Virus record (IMG/VR): IMGVR_UViG_3300025128_000029
Location: 1 to 62,337 of that record
Length of the DNA stretch: 62,337 nt
From: a virus
Taxonomy: Duplodnaviria; Caudoviricetes
Direction: 5' to 3' (one strand)
This document shows positions 9,808 to 19,772 of this stretch, one piece after another. The position numbers were made by a program, and so were the translations under genes. A model generated the notes under the pieces. The model searched no databases. It saw only the letters and a program-made list of their open reading frames with translations, and was not told the DNA's origin. Positions within the stretch are counted from its first letter, which is position 1; every line of letters begins with the position of its first letter.

Positions 9808-9852
9808 CTCCTATCGTGGCTTAGTCAATCACACCATTATGATTGTTAGGAA
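9808..9852 (-). ncRNA. structured element downstream of MCP, resembling the Mu-gpT-DE RNA motif
   Basis: minus strand UCCUA..CAAUCAU-AAUGGU-GUGAUUG..ACUAAGCCACGA..UAGGAG; outer stem sequesters the RBS of 8788..9801; family assignment from memory, not a search. Confidence 0.45.
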
Positions 9853-9869
9853 TAAAATCAGTATTACAT

Positions 9870-9899
9870 AAAAAAAGGCGACACGCAAGTGTCGCCTTT
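9870..9899 (-). terminator. intrinsic terminator after MCP
   Basis: AAAGGCGACAC-GCAA-GTGTCGCCTTT perfect 11-bp stem, T-run on minus strand. Confidence 0.85.
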
Positions 9900-9919
9900 G
9901 ATTTTAAATTTATTTTGGT

Positions 9920-10828
9920 TTATACTCCAGGAGATCCAAACACACATCTTGGGTCTGAAACACCGAAGCTATATCTCTCACGAGCCTTATATCTTACGTT
10001 TCCTGTATCGAAGTCACCTTCCATACTTGTTGCGATTCCTGCTCTTTCAAAATGCTTAAATCCGTTTGGAGCATCAGTTTTAATGAAAAACGCATCTGTA
10101 TCTGTTAAGAAGTGATTGATAACGTACCCTTGTGGTAACATTCCCATGTTCTTAACTGCGTTTACATCATTATCTGCTGTTCCAGGACGTAAGTTAGAAG
10201 CCATTAATCTTTCAGCAACAAATTGTAATGCTGGTGGAATAATTAACTTCTGTCCTTTAAGAGCAATCTTTAGTCCTCTTTCATCAATAAAAGCTGCAAT
10301 ATCTATTAATGCTTGTTCTAAAGAAGTTTCATTTAAGTCAGCTGAACTGCTCAATTCATTTCTGAATGTGCCTCCTGCTGCTGTTGGATGGTCTGTAGCA
10401 CAAAGCTCTTTTCCATCACCAAATGTAAAACCACTGTCAAACGCATTGTTTAATACAGAAGCTGCCTTGACTTGCTTGGTATTAGACATAGAACGAGCTA
10501 ACGCACGAGTATAACGAGAACTAAGTTTGTCATAAAGGTTATCCTCTACGGCTTCCTCAGTAATCGAGAACGCTAGTGCGATCGTTTCATGTGTGTACCT
10601 TGCTGTGAAGGACTCATTAGCAGTGTCAAACGATACAGCAGCACCTTCTGCTTTTTCAGGTGCTGTTCCAAAGCCTGACAACATTACCTCTTCTTCAAAC
10701 GCTCTGTCTGAAGATTCAGTGTCGTAAATTTCAGTATGCTCGTTGTCATACCTATCATACTCCAAACCAAATAGAGCGTTTAATCCAGGCTCTAATTCTT
10801 TAAGGAGTTGGGATCTTGCAATAGCCAT
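9920..10828 (-). CDS. major capsid protein (Mu-like gpT family, HK97 fold)
   Basis: MAIARSQLLKELEPGLNALFGLEY...SDRAFEEEV...GDFDTGNVRYKARERYSFG signature. Confidence 0.9.
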   Translation of the reverse strand: MAIARSQLLKELEPGLNALFGLEYDRYDNEHTEIYDTESSDRAFEEEVMLSGFGTAPEKAEGAAVSFDTANESFTARYTHETIALAFSITEEAVEDNLYDKLSSRYTRALARSMSNTKQVKAASVLNNAFDSGFTFGDGKELCATDHPTAAGGTFRNELSSSADLNETSLEQALIDIAAFIDERGLKIALKGQKLIIPPALQFVAERLMASNLRPGTADNDVNAVKNMGMLPQGYVINHFLTDTDAFFIKTDAPNGFKHFERAGIATSMEGDFDTGNVRYKARERYSFGVSDPRCVFGSPGV

Positions 10829-10840
10829 ATCAATATCTCC

Positions 10841-11461
10841 TTATAGACCAGTGGTTGCAGTGTGGAACGGAAGATTTAACTTCACCAAGAAGCGAACTCC
10901 TGCTGATGCTACATCAATGTCGTTGAAACTGTCTTTTATTCCAACAATTCTGAAGTTATCAGTTGCCGTAGTTGCTCCTGCTGTGGTTACGGATATTTCT
11001 CCAGTAGAAATATTACTATTTCCAGTGGTAGAACCAAATCCAGTTCCCTCAGCATTGGAATGAACAAGTGACTGAGCAGTTGCTACATTAGTTAAAGACG
11101 CATCCCCTTGTATTTCATAAACCTGATTAGGGTTATCATAAACAAACACAGTTGCTTCTGAGCTTGCTTTTAAAAGGGATGTTCCAGGATAGTAGTTGTT
11201 GAATACAGTTTTACCTGTAAGATCAACGTATTCACATCCAGCCATAACTCCTAAGATTGCTACACTTCCACCATCACTAGCACTAACATCTACAAGTCCA
11301 TTAGCCAACGGGATAACCATGTCACCTTGATAGATGGCAGAGGATGATCCAGCAGTTGCACTAACTTGAACCTTGTATGCAGTTAACCCATTTGAGTTTG
11401 GTGCAGAACCTAAGAGATTATATGGACGTAAACCAAAAGGGGCATCTATATTGCTTGCCAT
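10841..11461 (-). CDS. capsid cement/decoration protein
   Basis: NIDAPFGLRP...IYQGDMV...GVMAGCEY motifs; directly upstream of MCP. Confidence 0.65.
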   Translation of the reverse strand: MASNIDAPFGLRPYNLLGSAPNSNGLTAYKVQVSATAGSSSAIYQGDMVIPLANGLVDVSASDGGSVAILGVMAGCEYVDLTGKTVFNNYYPGTSLLKASSEATVFVYDNPNQVYEIQGDASLTNVATAQSLVHSNAEGTGFGSTTGNSNISTGEISVTTAGATTATDNFRIVGIKDSFNDIDVASAGVRFLVKLNLPFHTATTGL

Positions 11462-11485
11462 TTTTTAGTTTCCTTCTCTAAAAGT

Positions 11486-11947
11486 TTACTCGGTAGTACC
11501 TTTGTTACCACCGAAAGTTACACGACTTTGCCTTTCTGGTTTCAGAATAGGCATACTAGGGTGTTGTTCCCTCATCATATCGTTATCTACAGCTTTCATT
11601 TGATCTCTAGTCATATTTTTAAAATATTCCTGTCGTTCAGCTTTAGATTCTAATGGGAACCTTGCGAGTATTAAGCCACCCACCCCTATAACACCAGAAT
11701 GTTTTCCATCCTGTATCGTAGGAGCTTCAAAATCGGGGTACTCGTCTGCACGAACTAATTCAAAGCCTTCGCGAAGCCTTGCAGAAAGGTTTTTCTTATC
11801 GTCGTATCCCATGATTGATTCACGGATCCAACGATGAGTATAGCCTTCTGGAGCTGGGGGAGCATCTAAAGTAGATGGGGGTGTCCACGGTTTCCTGCGT
11901 GTTTGTTTTTCACGAGTAGCTGTGGTGCGTGAAGTGCGATCTGTCAT
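11486..11947 (-). CDS. conserved head-module protein
   Basis: WTPPSTLDAPPAPEGYTHRWIR...REGFELVRADEYP...VGGLILAR. Confidence 0.65.
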   Translation of the reverse strand: MTDRTSRTTATREKQTRRKPWTPPSTLDAPPAPEGYTHRWIRESIMGYDDKKNLSARLREGFELVRADEYPDFEAPTIQDGKHSGVIGVGGLILARFPLESKAERQEYFKNMTRDQMKAVDNDMMREQHPSMPILKPERQSRVTFGGNKGTTE

Positions 11948-11953
11948 AATGAT

Positions 11954-12871
11954 CTATCCTTTACGAGTTTCTAGCAAAGCAAGTTGCTCTGCATATTTGT
12001 CTAATGGTACACCAAGTTTCTTGGCGATTGCAACCTCTGATTTATTTAATTTGACAGATTTCTTTGTAACTCTGCCAGAACCACGATTAGTAGAAGCCAC
12101 TACAGGACCTCTAGGTTGGTTGACTACTCGTGATTGTTCTTCCCCTTTAAACTTATGAGGAAAATCTCTTTTCATTCTAGAATCTAATTCTTCATAATAA
12201 TCATCGGAAGTTGGATCAAATCCTTCAGATTCAACTAATGTTTTATGATGACTAAATGCTGTTAATGTCATAGGTTCATCTGCACCAAACCATGCGTTTT
12301 TCGCAGCCCATGCTGATGCTTTTGGATCGGGTGCTGGTTTAGCAGGAGGGACGGCTGCTGATGGAGGAGTTTCTGCAGCCGTATCAGTTTTCGCTTCCGT
12401 TTCTTGAGCTTTTTTGATGTAACTTAGCTTAACATTCTCACTAGCTAAATTAGCAAGTTCAGTTTGAGCTTGCACTTGAGCTTCAGTGTCTCCACGATCT
12501 ATTGCATCTCTCAATTTACTTTGTAAAGTATCTTGTGTTGCTTTTATTCTACTTTCAAATTCAGAAACATATTGAGTATCGGCTGTAGTTGCCTTTTTTG
12601 CTTGTTCTTCAACTTGAGCTTTTAGAGCTTCAGCATATTTTATCGCTGCTTGCTCTCTTCTTTCAGTTTCACGCATTTTAGCTGTTAAATTATCTATTCT
12701 GCGTTGAACTTTTTTACTATAACCCTCTAATTCTTCATCAGAAGATTCTTTTTCGGGTTCTTGTGGTGTCTCCGTCTGTTTCTCTACCTGTTCTGCTTTT
12801 TGTTTATCTTCAGGTAACTGAACTTCTACTTCTTCTAAATCTAAATCTAATTCTTGTTGTGCTTCTGCCAT
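11954..12871 (-). CDS. capsid scaffolding protein
   Basis: acidic coiled coil; DPKASAWAAKNAWFG; C-terminal VAIAKKLGVPLDKYA. Confidence 0.75.
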   Translation of the reverse strand: MAEAQQELDLDLEEVEVQLPEDKQKAEQVEKQTETPQEPEKESSDEELEGYSKKVQRRIDNLTAKMRETERREQAAIKYAEALKAQVEEQAKKATTADTQYVSEFESRIKATQDTLQSKLRDAIDRGDTEAQVQAQTELANLASENVKLSYIKKAQETEAKTDTAAETPPSAAVPPAKPAPDPKASAWAAKNAWFGADEPMTLTAFSHHKTLVESEGFDPTSDDYYEELDSRMKRDFPHKFKGEEQSRVVNQPRGPVVASTNRGSGRVTKKSVKLNKSEVAIAKKLGVPLDKYAEQLALLETRKG

Positions 12872-12880
12872 TGTTTTCCC

Positions 12881-13297
12881 CTATAAATGTAAAATGTCTG
12901 CAGGATCATTAATCGTAGCTAAGATTTCGTCATCATTTAACAATCTGACTTCACCTCCGTCTATTCTAAAACGACTTCCTGCGTATCTTCCAAAAATAAC
13001 CCAGTCTTCTTCCTTACACCACGCTCCACTATCACCAAATTTATCTGGATCTTTGTATGCGAGAGGACCAACTTTTAAAACTAAGGCACAAACAGTAGCT
13101 AAAGCTTCTCTTTCTACTGCTGCATCAGGGATAAAAACACCACCTTCAGTTTTTCCTTTGCCCTTATAAGGAAGAACAAGTATTCTCCACCCTGTAGGCT
13201 CTGGTAATTTTTCTAATGTTGGTGTTTCTTGAGATTTTTCTTTTTTAGGCTGCGATTTATTAGCAAATCGTTTAGGTAATATTAAAGTTTTACTCAT
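12881..13297 (-). CDS. groES: co-chaperonin GroES
   Basis: PTGWRILV...KTEGGVFIP...VLKVGP...RYAGS...LLNDDEILA. Confidence 0.85.
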   Translation of the reverse strand: MSKTLILPKRFANKSQPKKEKSQETPTLEKLPEPTGWRILVLPYKGKGKTEGGVFIPDAAVEREALATVCALVLKVGPLAYKDPDKFGDSGAWCKEEDWVIFGRYAGSRFRIDGGEVRLLNDDEILATINDPADILHL

Positions 13298-13487
13298 TTT
13301 GTTTTTCTACTCTTTCTAGCAGGGTCGTTAATTCCTGTCGAACGTAATTTAGCTCATGTAATTTAGCTCTAAGCTTTTCAAACTCTTGAAAATCCTTCAC
13401 AGCACCATAACATAAGGTTTCGTGCAAGTTTTCCTTGCGTTCATCCATCACTTTAAGCAATTTTTGGGAAATGTAAAGGTCATCCAT
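13290..13487 (-). CDS. conserved small head-module protein
   Basis: 65 aa, GAVKDFQEF motif, overlaps groES start. Confidence 0.55.
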   Translation of the reverse strand: MDDLYISQKLLKVMDERKENLHETLCYGAVKDFQEFEKLRAKLHELNYVRQELTTLLERVEKQNE

Positions 13488-13594
13488 CTACTTTTCTCCT
13501 CTTTTTTGTCTTTTTTTCACACATTGTACATGTTTATAGTAAAAATAGTTGCCAATTTTATCAAAAAACTTAAATATTCTCAAATATGTCCACA

Positions 13595-13990
13595 TCATTT
13601 GGTTAAACCTTTTTGTTTCTCATATGTTCTTAACCCACCAAGTCCTAACATTCCCATCAAAACAGTCATTAAACTACCCATATCAAAAGTAGGAAGTTCT
13701 GGTATCTGAACAGATAGATAGGCACATACAAATATAGTCACAGGGGCTAGGACAAAATGCCAACATAGAGCAATTCCACAAGTCCACCCAATAAAAGGTC
13801 TCCATCCAGCTACAAAAATAGATTTGTGCTGTGCTTCTGCTTTGTTTATTTCTATTTGTCCTTTAGCTAACTCCTGTGCGTGTTTCTCAGCCATAGTCGC
13901 AAGATCGTGTGCTAATTTATTTTTTACATCTTTGTCCTCAATAAACTTACCAACAAGTTTACTTACTGGACCGATTAGTGCTGTTAACAT
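13595..13990 (-). CDS. holin (3TM, gene-transfer-agent holin family)
   Basis: INKAEAQHKSIFVAGWRPFIGW...LMGMLGLGGLRTYEK; start at MLTALIG after GGGAG. Confidence 0.8.
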   Translation of the reverse strand: MLTALIGPVSKLVGKFIEDKDVKNKLAHDLATMAEKHAQELAKGQIEINKAEAQHKSIFVAGWRPFIGWTCGIALCWHFVLAPVTIFVCAYLSVQIPELPTFDMGSLMTVLMGMLGLGGLRTYEKQKGLTK

Positions 13991-14195
13991 TATTTTCTCC
14001 CTTATGTTCGTGACCCATCCATATACCAAATACACCAGTCATTACACCCATAACTACAGATACAAATGCAGACTGACTAGCAGTTGGTGCATCTAAATCC
14101 ATAAACCATTCGGCACATCTCCAGGACATTATTGTACTAGCAAGCATCATAAATCTTGGTAGTATCTTCCATTTTAGAAAAGTTTCTACATTCAT
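13959..14195 (-). CDS. small 2-TM membrane protein
   Basis: two hydrophobic segments, WFMDL.APT..QSAFVS. Confidence 0.6.
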   Translation of the reverse strand: MNVETFLKWKILPRFMMLASTIMSWRCAEWFMDLDAPTASQSAFVSVVMGVMTGVFGIWMGHEHKGENNVNSTNRSSK

Positions 14196-14407
14196 TTCAT
14201 TAATGCCTCATTTAGTCCAAACACTTCTAAAATCATAAACGTAAAAAATAATAATAGTATGCCACCAGCTATTAGCTTACCAGAAAAATTAGTTGAACCA
14301 ATTTTAATTGCGATAAACTCATTTCCTAATATTCTCAATATTAGTTCAAAACTATTACTTCCTACTTTTAAATCAACTGCTTTTTTCTTTCCACTTGTAT
14401 CTTCCAT
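14192..14407 (-). CDS. small membrane protein
   Basis: FELILRILGNEF motif plus C-terminal TM helix. Confidence 0.55.
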   Translation of the reverse strand: MEDTSGKKKAVDLKVGSNSFELILRILGNEFIAIKIGSTNFSGKLIAGGILLLFFTFMILEVFGLNEALMK

Positions 14408-14621
14408 TGTAATTTTCCCCTTTTAATCTTCCTACAGAAAGTTTTTTACATTTATATTGAGTGGGTTTCCATAATGGGTAGTATTTGTGTACTTGTCTAC
14501 TAATAGCAAGAGCTCTTTGTATGCAATCATATTCTGTTTTATAAGGACCATATTGATCTACTAAAACTTGACAGGTGTTAGGTATTCCTATTACACAAAT
14601 TGTTACAAGAGTTTTAAACAT
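14373..14621 (-). CDS. small Cys-containing, possibly exported protein
   Basis: hydrophobic N-terminus, GPY.TEYDC motif. Confidence 0.5.
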   Translation of the reverse strand: MFKTLVTICVIGIPNTCQVLVDQYGPYKTEYDCIQRALAISRQVHKYYPLWKPTQYKCKKLSVGRLKGENYNGRYKWKEKSS

Positions 14622-14751
14622 CTTCCTTTTTATTAGGTTTCTTTTTTGCTGCTCTTGCTTTCTTTATTTTTGCTTCATATTCACGCATTTCTTGTAACTC
14701 TTTACGAGCCACTTCGTTCGCTGAATTTTCAACTTTTTTTGCTTTTTTCAT
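14614..14751 (-). CDS. 45-aa charged microprotein
   Basis: read manually; AAGGAG RBS. Confidence 0.45.
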   Translation of the reverse strand: MKKAKKVENSANEVARKELQEMREYEAKIKKARAAKKKPNKKEDV

Positions 14752-14761
14752 TTTAATCTCC

Positions 14762-14929
14762 TTATCTTACTAATAATCCTATAAGCATTACTATTGCAGT
14801 ACCTGAAGTAGCAATCATAAGATGCTCCATACGTTTGATTCGTAAAATCGATTCTTTCCATCGTTCATCAGAAACAGCAATATGTTTTTCTAGTGTGACA
14901 TGTATCTCTTGTAGAGTTGGTTTAGGCAT
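14762..14929 (-). CDS. 55-aa coiled-coil plus TM protein (XhlA-like)
   Basis: MPKPTLQEIHVTLEKHIAVSDERW...IVMLIGLLVR, read manually. Confidence 0.5.
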   Translation of the reverse strand: MPKPTLQEIHVTLEKHIAVSDERWKESILRIKRMEHLMIATSGTAIVMLIGLLVR

Positions 14930-15217
14930 CTACTTCACACCTCTAAATTTTAACCCTTGCATAGACTTACGACCACCACGAGAAACTTCTCCACCTTTAT
15001 TCATTTTCATAGGTTTATCATAAACCATACCACCACCCATAAATTTACGAGTAGCCATTTTACGAGTAGGTGTTACAAGTCCACCCATTCTGTAACCATT
15101 TTGAGTTTGAAACTTTTCAGCTTCTATTAAATCTTTTATTTCCTGATAGTCAGGATTACTAGGATCCATGTCTTTTAACATTTGTTCTAGTTCCTGCATT
15201 CTTTGATCGTCTGACAT
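14930..15217 (-). CDS. hypothetical virion protein with repeated GG motifs
   Basis: YRMGGLV, FMGGGMV, MNKGGEV; ends RGG...QGLKFRGVK. Confidence 0.55.
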   Translation of the reverse strand: MSDDQRMQELEQMLKDMDPSNPDYQEIKDLIEAEKFQTQNGYRMGGLVTPTRKMATRKFMGGGMVYDKPMKMNKGGEVSRGGRKSMQGLKFRGVK

Positions 15218-15226
15218 TTTAATCTC

Positions 15227-15799
15227 CTATTCGTAAAAGTTATCGCTATATAATTGAGGTAATTTTTGCATAGAAATTGATGGAATCGCACCAGCTTGAT
15301 AAGTGTTCATTATTCCCATGTTTGTTGGAGGACCAGGAGGCTGTGTACCCAAATCATACACAGGGGTCGCATCTATCTGTTCTTGAGTTTTTGCAGGAAA
15401 AGGATTGGGTAACTCAGCTATCCCTCTATTTGCTAAACTCAAACCAAATTGTGCAGCTTTATCTAAACCTAAAGCTGGACCAGCAAGAAAAGTTAAACCC
15501 CCTAAAGGAGTGTTTTGTCCAGGAACTAACATATTATATAGATTAGTACTCAAAGCTAGATTGGGTTTATATCCTATCATTTTTTGGAAAACACTCATTA
15601 TCCCACTAGGACGTTTAGTTGTTACAGGACTGCGACCATCAGCACCCTTTTTATCACGACTATCTTTTCTTTCATCGTCCATAAAATCTTTTGCTGTATA
15701 AGTTTTGTTTTCTCCTGCAGAAGCAGACAAAATGTTAGCAAAGTTTGCTGCTGACTCTTCAGGAGTATTTCTTCCAAAATCACTAGCATCATATGCCAT
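15227..15799 (-). CDS. hypothetical protein
   Basis: 190-aa ORF coupled to portal stop. Confidence 0.5.
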   Translation of the reverse strand: MAYDASDFGRNTPEESAANFANILSASAGENKTYTAKDFMDDERKDSRDKKGADGRSPVTTKRPSGIMSVFQKMIGYKPNLALSTNLYNMLVPGQNTPLGGLTFLAGPALGLDKAAQFGLSLANRGIAELPNPFPAKTQEQIDATPVYDLGTQPPGPPTNMGIMNTYQAGAIPSISMQKLPQLYSDNFYE

Positions 15800-18225
15800 T
15801 ATTGTCCTGCCTTCCCATTTGCATTCTGGGCTTGCCTTTGTAATGCAATATTCGCTCTCATTTGTGCAATATCCTCTGTGCTATCTATTCGCTCTCTTTG
15901 TATCGCATTAGACTCTTGCATTTTTTGTTTATCCAACTGTAACTTAGCTTGGTCTTGCATAGCATCTTGTTGTTGTTCTTGGGCTTTTAAATCTAACTCT
16001 TGTTGTTTAATCTCTACTAACGGATCATCACTTTCTTTTGGTGGGTTCGCTTGTAAATATTCTGCCATTAATTCTGCTTGTACTTCTGAGACTCTATTCT
16101 CCATAGCTACTGGATCTGGTTGTTCCTGTTGTGCCATAGCTGGATCCATCGCTCCATCCATAGGTGGTTGTGCCATTTCCTGCTCGACCATTACTTTTGC
16201 TTTCAAAGCTAAATGTTCATATATATGTTTTTCTAATGTCATCAATACTGCTGGTTGTAATTTAGCTGTTTGACTCTGCATATATATCTGGTGTACTGCA
16301 ATATGTGCATCATGATTCTGTTCAGGAAACGCAGTTAATTTACTTTGTCCTATAGCAGCATCACTTGCTTCTTGGTTTTCTGTTCCAGGATCTTTTGGTT
16401 GTGGTTGTGGCTTAGGAGTTAATATCTGGTCAATATTACCTACACCTAAAGCTTCATACATACGTTTATAACTCTCATACATATTGTGCATTTCTGGTGC
16501 AGCTTGAGCCAATTTTAATTGTTCTTGAGCTAAAATTACTCTTTGCGACATACTAAAAATATTAGGGTCGCTTACTGGAAGCACATCAATACGTTGGTCA
16601 AAATCTTGTGCTTTTATCTGTTGGTCAACACCTGTTTCATAAGGATAAGGCACAGGGTCTTGTGCAAACTGTCTCGCAAGCATTTTTAATTCTATTTTCA
16701 TAGAAGCATGCAATCTCTTATGCACAGCATTAATTACTCTAGCACCACGCTCAAGTAAAGCGATTGTAGTTCCAACTGGCATCTCTTGTTTACCATCACC
16801 TACACCAATATCACTTGTGCCTACAAATTTTTGTGCAGCCGATACAACAAATCCCATCAATTCAAACAATGTTCTACTTGGCTCTTTATAGGGTAAAGGC
16901 ATTAATACTGAACGTAAATCTCCTCCTGGAACATCTACATCTCTAAATTCTCCAGGACTCAAAGGTTCACTATCATTTGCAATTCGCATTCCTCTTGCTT
17001 TAAATCCTGCTGGCATATTACTCAATGTACCTGCATCTATCAACTGTCTGAGGTTCGCTGTCGCTGTTCTACTTAAATTACCTATCATATGAATTAATCC
17101 AAAACCATAAAACCCTAATCCTGGAGTAAACTTATATTGCACAAAATGTTGAATCTTTTGCTTCTGTATATCGTCTGGCATAAAGTTACGGCGAACACTC
17201 AACACATCGCTTGTATCGCTACAAACTGTTACGATATATGGTAACTTTATGCCAGTCTCTTCACCCTGTTCATCTTTATCTGTATATTCTTCTATGTCTA
17301 AATAACAATGGCACTCGTACAATGTAAATTCTTCATCATAAGAATTACTGTTTGTACCCGAAATTTCATTATACTTATCTGTAATCTGGTCAGCATCTTC
17401 AGCAGAGCCACCTTTCATATCCACATTACTGTAAATTCCATTCCGTTGTTGTTTTTTGAGTTCATTCTCACTTATCTTTATAGTATGCGTTACTCTCTCA
17501 GCACTGCGTAAATCAGTTGCTGTGTAAGGTACTACTAATTCCTCAGCAGGAATAAACTTACTTACAGGTCTACCCAATACTTCATCGCGATAAACCTTTT
17601 TAAACGCACTACCAGCAAGACCTAGAAAATATAACATCTGATCAAACTCGGGCTCGTATTCTTCCATCTGGTACATAACCATATAATTCATGTACTCAGT
17701 TACTCGTTTTGCTTGTTTTTCAACTTCTGGGTTAGAAGTTCCTACTATATGAGCTCTCACTGGACCACCACTCGGCATCATCTCTTTATATGCCCCAGCC
17801 TGAAACTGAGTAACAGCTTCATTCAACATGGGGTGGATTACTCCAGTTGCACCCTCAAAAGGTTCACTACGTTGCTCATAACGTAAACCAAGTAAATCTA
17901 ATCCTTTTGTATAACCCTCTTCCCATTCGGAACGGCTATTTTTATCTTCTTCTACAGAATCTAATACATAACTAGAAACCTCACTCAAACTATCATCTGA
18001 TAAATTATCTACTAAATTATCAAAAAAGTTTTCTGGCTCACCACCCATAGGGGCTTCTTCATCGCCAAATTGTATTTCAACCCCACCCTCTTCATCTTCC
18101 TCAATCTCAAAATCTACCTGCTGAGCTTCCTGTGCCAGTAAATCATCTTCCTCTAAACTAAGGGTATCATTGGGGGCTTGTATAAGCGATCGGTCTACAT
18201 TACTTGGACGTGGTGAAATAGCCAT
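15799..18225 (-). CDS. portal protein
   Basis: 808 aa after TerL; PFEGATGVIHPMLNEAVTQFQA, GSAFKKVY, PGLGFYGFGLIH, LRQLIDAGTL. Confidence 0.9.
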   Translation of the reverse strand: MAISPRPSNVDRSLIQAPNDTLSLEEDDLLAQEAQQVDFEIEEDEEGGVEIQFGDEEAPMGGEPENFFDNLVDNLSDDSLSEVSSYVLDSVEEDKNSRSEWEEGYTKGLDLLGLRYEQRSEPFEGATGVIHPMLNEAVTQFQAGAYKEMMPSGGPVRAHIVGTSNPEVEKQAKRVTEYMNYMVMYQMEEYEPEFDQMLYFLGLAGSAFKKVYRDEVLGRPVSKFIPAEELVVPYTATDLRSAERVTHTIKISENELKKQQRNGIYSNVDMKGGSAEDADQITDKYNEISGTNSNSYDEEFTLYECHCYLDIEEYTDKDEQGEETGIKLPYIVTVCSDTSDVLSVRRNFMPDDIQKQKIQHFVQYKFTPGLGFYGFGLIHMIGNLSRTATANLRQLIDAGTLSNMPAGFKARGMRIANDSEPLSPGEFRDVDVPGGDLRSVLMPLPYKEPSRTLFELMGFVVSAAQKFVGTSDIGVGDGKQEMPVGTTIALLERGARVINAVHKRLHASMKIELKMLARQFAQDPVPYPYETGVDQQIKAQDFDQRIDVLPVSDPNIFSMSQRVILAQEQLKLAQAAPEMHNMYESYKRMYEALGVGNIDQILTPKPQPQPKDPGTENQEASDAAIGQSKLTAFPEQNHDAHIAVHQIYMQSQTAKLQPAVLMTLEKHIYEHLALKAKVMVEQEMAQPPMDGAMDPAMAQQEQPDPVAMENRVSEVQAELMAEYLQANPPKESDDPLVEIKQQELDLKAQEQQQDAMQDQAKLQLDKQKMQESNAIQRERIDSTEDIAQMRANIALQRQAQNANGKAGQ

Positions 18226-19709
18226 TAGTAATAAATCCTTTCTTTAGGTATTGGATCTTCATCTTGATAATCCTCTGGGTGGGTTATAAACCCTCCCTCT
18301 CTAAATCTTCTCAAAGCTTGTGACACTGTATCAACATAATCGTCGTGTTCTCCTGCAGGAAATGCTGCACACTCTTCAACAACATCTTCAGCCCATGATG
18401 TATCTGGACACCATACTAACCCACTTTCGAACAAAGGTGCAATAGAATTTACTCGACTTATCTTATCATTTCCTCTACTAGGAGAATAATTAGTGACGGG
18501 GATCCCCATCTGCCTTAGTTCTTGGGTCAATGGCATACCCGAAGCTTTTGCCTCAATTAAAACCATTTCTGGCTCCCAATACTTATATTCTTCCAAAGCT
18601 TTCCTTCTTAACTCTGGAAAATCCCATCTACCCTTTCTCGCATCAACAAGAATAATGTTCGGAGGTTCACCCTCCTTTGGGTAAAAAACACCCCATGTTG
18701 TTATCGCACTATAATCTGCTGATTCCTGTTTACTAAATGCTGTATCATAACTCTGCATTACATATTCCAAAGCAGGTAACTCTTTCTTCTCCCACTTCTT
18801 CCACCAATCACGCTTAATTATCGCACTGACATCACTCGTCGGATTCTGCTGCCACTGAGCTTCCCACTTACCAACTGACAAACTTCCCTTTACGGCAAGT
18901 AAATCTTCCTTCTTCCAAAACTCACCCCATAAAGGTTCATCATTCGGCATCAACGCAGGAAACTCTATTATCTCCCATTTATCAGCCAGTATATCTCTCG
19001 CTTGCTGTCTTATCAATTTACCAGTTAAATCATTCTCAGCCCATCGCGTCATCACAATTACTATCGTTCCTCCTGGCTGCAATCTCTGTCTCGGACCAGA
19101 AGTGTACCATTCATAAGCATGCTCTAAAGCCGTCGGACTTAAAGCATCTTGCTCAGAATGGGGGTCATCAATAATTAATAAATCTGCACCTCGACCAGTA
19201 ACAGCTCCTCCTACTCCAGCAGCAAAATACTCTCCACCCTTATCCGTCTCCCAACGACCTGCTGCTTGGGAATCAACTCGTAAAGCAACCTTTGGAAAAA
19301 TTTTTAAATATTCTTGGCTATTCATCAAGTTACGAGTCTTACGTCCAAAACGAAAAGCAAGCTCAGCAGTATGCGTTGTCTGCATAATCTTCAACATAGG
19401 GTTCCTACCCATTAACCATGCTGGAAGCATAAAACTCGCAAATTCACTTTTAGTATGTCTAGGGGGCATGTTTATTATAACACGCTTTAAATCTCCCGTC
19501 GCCACTCGATTAAACTTTTCTGCCATAAGCTTATGGTGGCGTCCATGGATAAATCCATCCCAAGTCTGCTCCACAAAAGTTAAAAAATCCTTTTGGGCTA
19601 ACTCGGAATCTTCCATCTCCTTCGCTCTCTGCATTAAGTTCGCAAAATGCTTTAAACGATCCTCTGGTATTAACTCAATATCCATAGCCATTATTTTTTT
19701 ATATATCAA
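18225..19709 (-). CDS. terL: terminase large subunit
   Basis: INMPPRHTKS Walker A, LLIIDDP Walker B, SYDTAF and HDDYVD nuclease motifs; true start may be 19691. Confidence 0.95.
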   Translation of the reverse strand: MIYKKIMAMDIELIPEDRLKHFANLMQRAKEMEDSELAQKDFLTFVEQTWDGFIHGRHHKLMAEKFNRVATGDLKRVIINMPPRHTKSEFASFMLPAWLMGRNPMLKIMQTTHTAELAFRFGRKTRNLMNSQEYLKIFPKVALRVDSQAAGRWETDKGGEYFAAGVGGAVTGRGADLLIIDDPHSEQDALSPTALEHAYEWYTSGPRQRLQPGGTIVIVMTRWAENDLTGKLIRQQARDILADKWEIIEFPALMPNDEPLWGEFWKKEDLLAVKGSLSVGKWEAQWQQNPTSDVSAIIKRDWWKKWEKKELPALEYVMQSYDTAFSKQESADYSAITTWGVFYPKEGEPPNIILVDARKGRWDFPELRRKALEEYKYWEPEMVLIEAKASGMPLTQELRQMGIPVTNYSPSRGNDKISRVNSIAPLFESGLVWCPDTSWAEDVVEECAAFPAGEHDDYVDTVSQALRRFREGGFITHPEDYQDEDPIPKERIYY

Positions 19710-19772
19710 AAATTTTTATAGGGCAATGAACCTATGACCTTTTTCTGGATAAGGGGGGTACTGACTTAATAA

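Noticed and set aside
15799-19709. Apparent C-over-G skew on the plus strand in portal and terL
   Set aside because: Could reflect Glu/Asp/Gly-rich coding on the minus strand; I could not quantify it reliably by eye.
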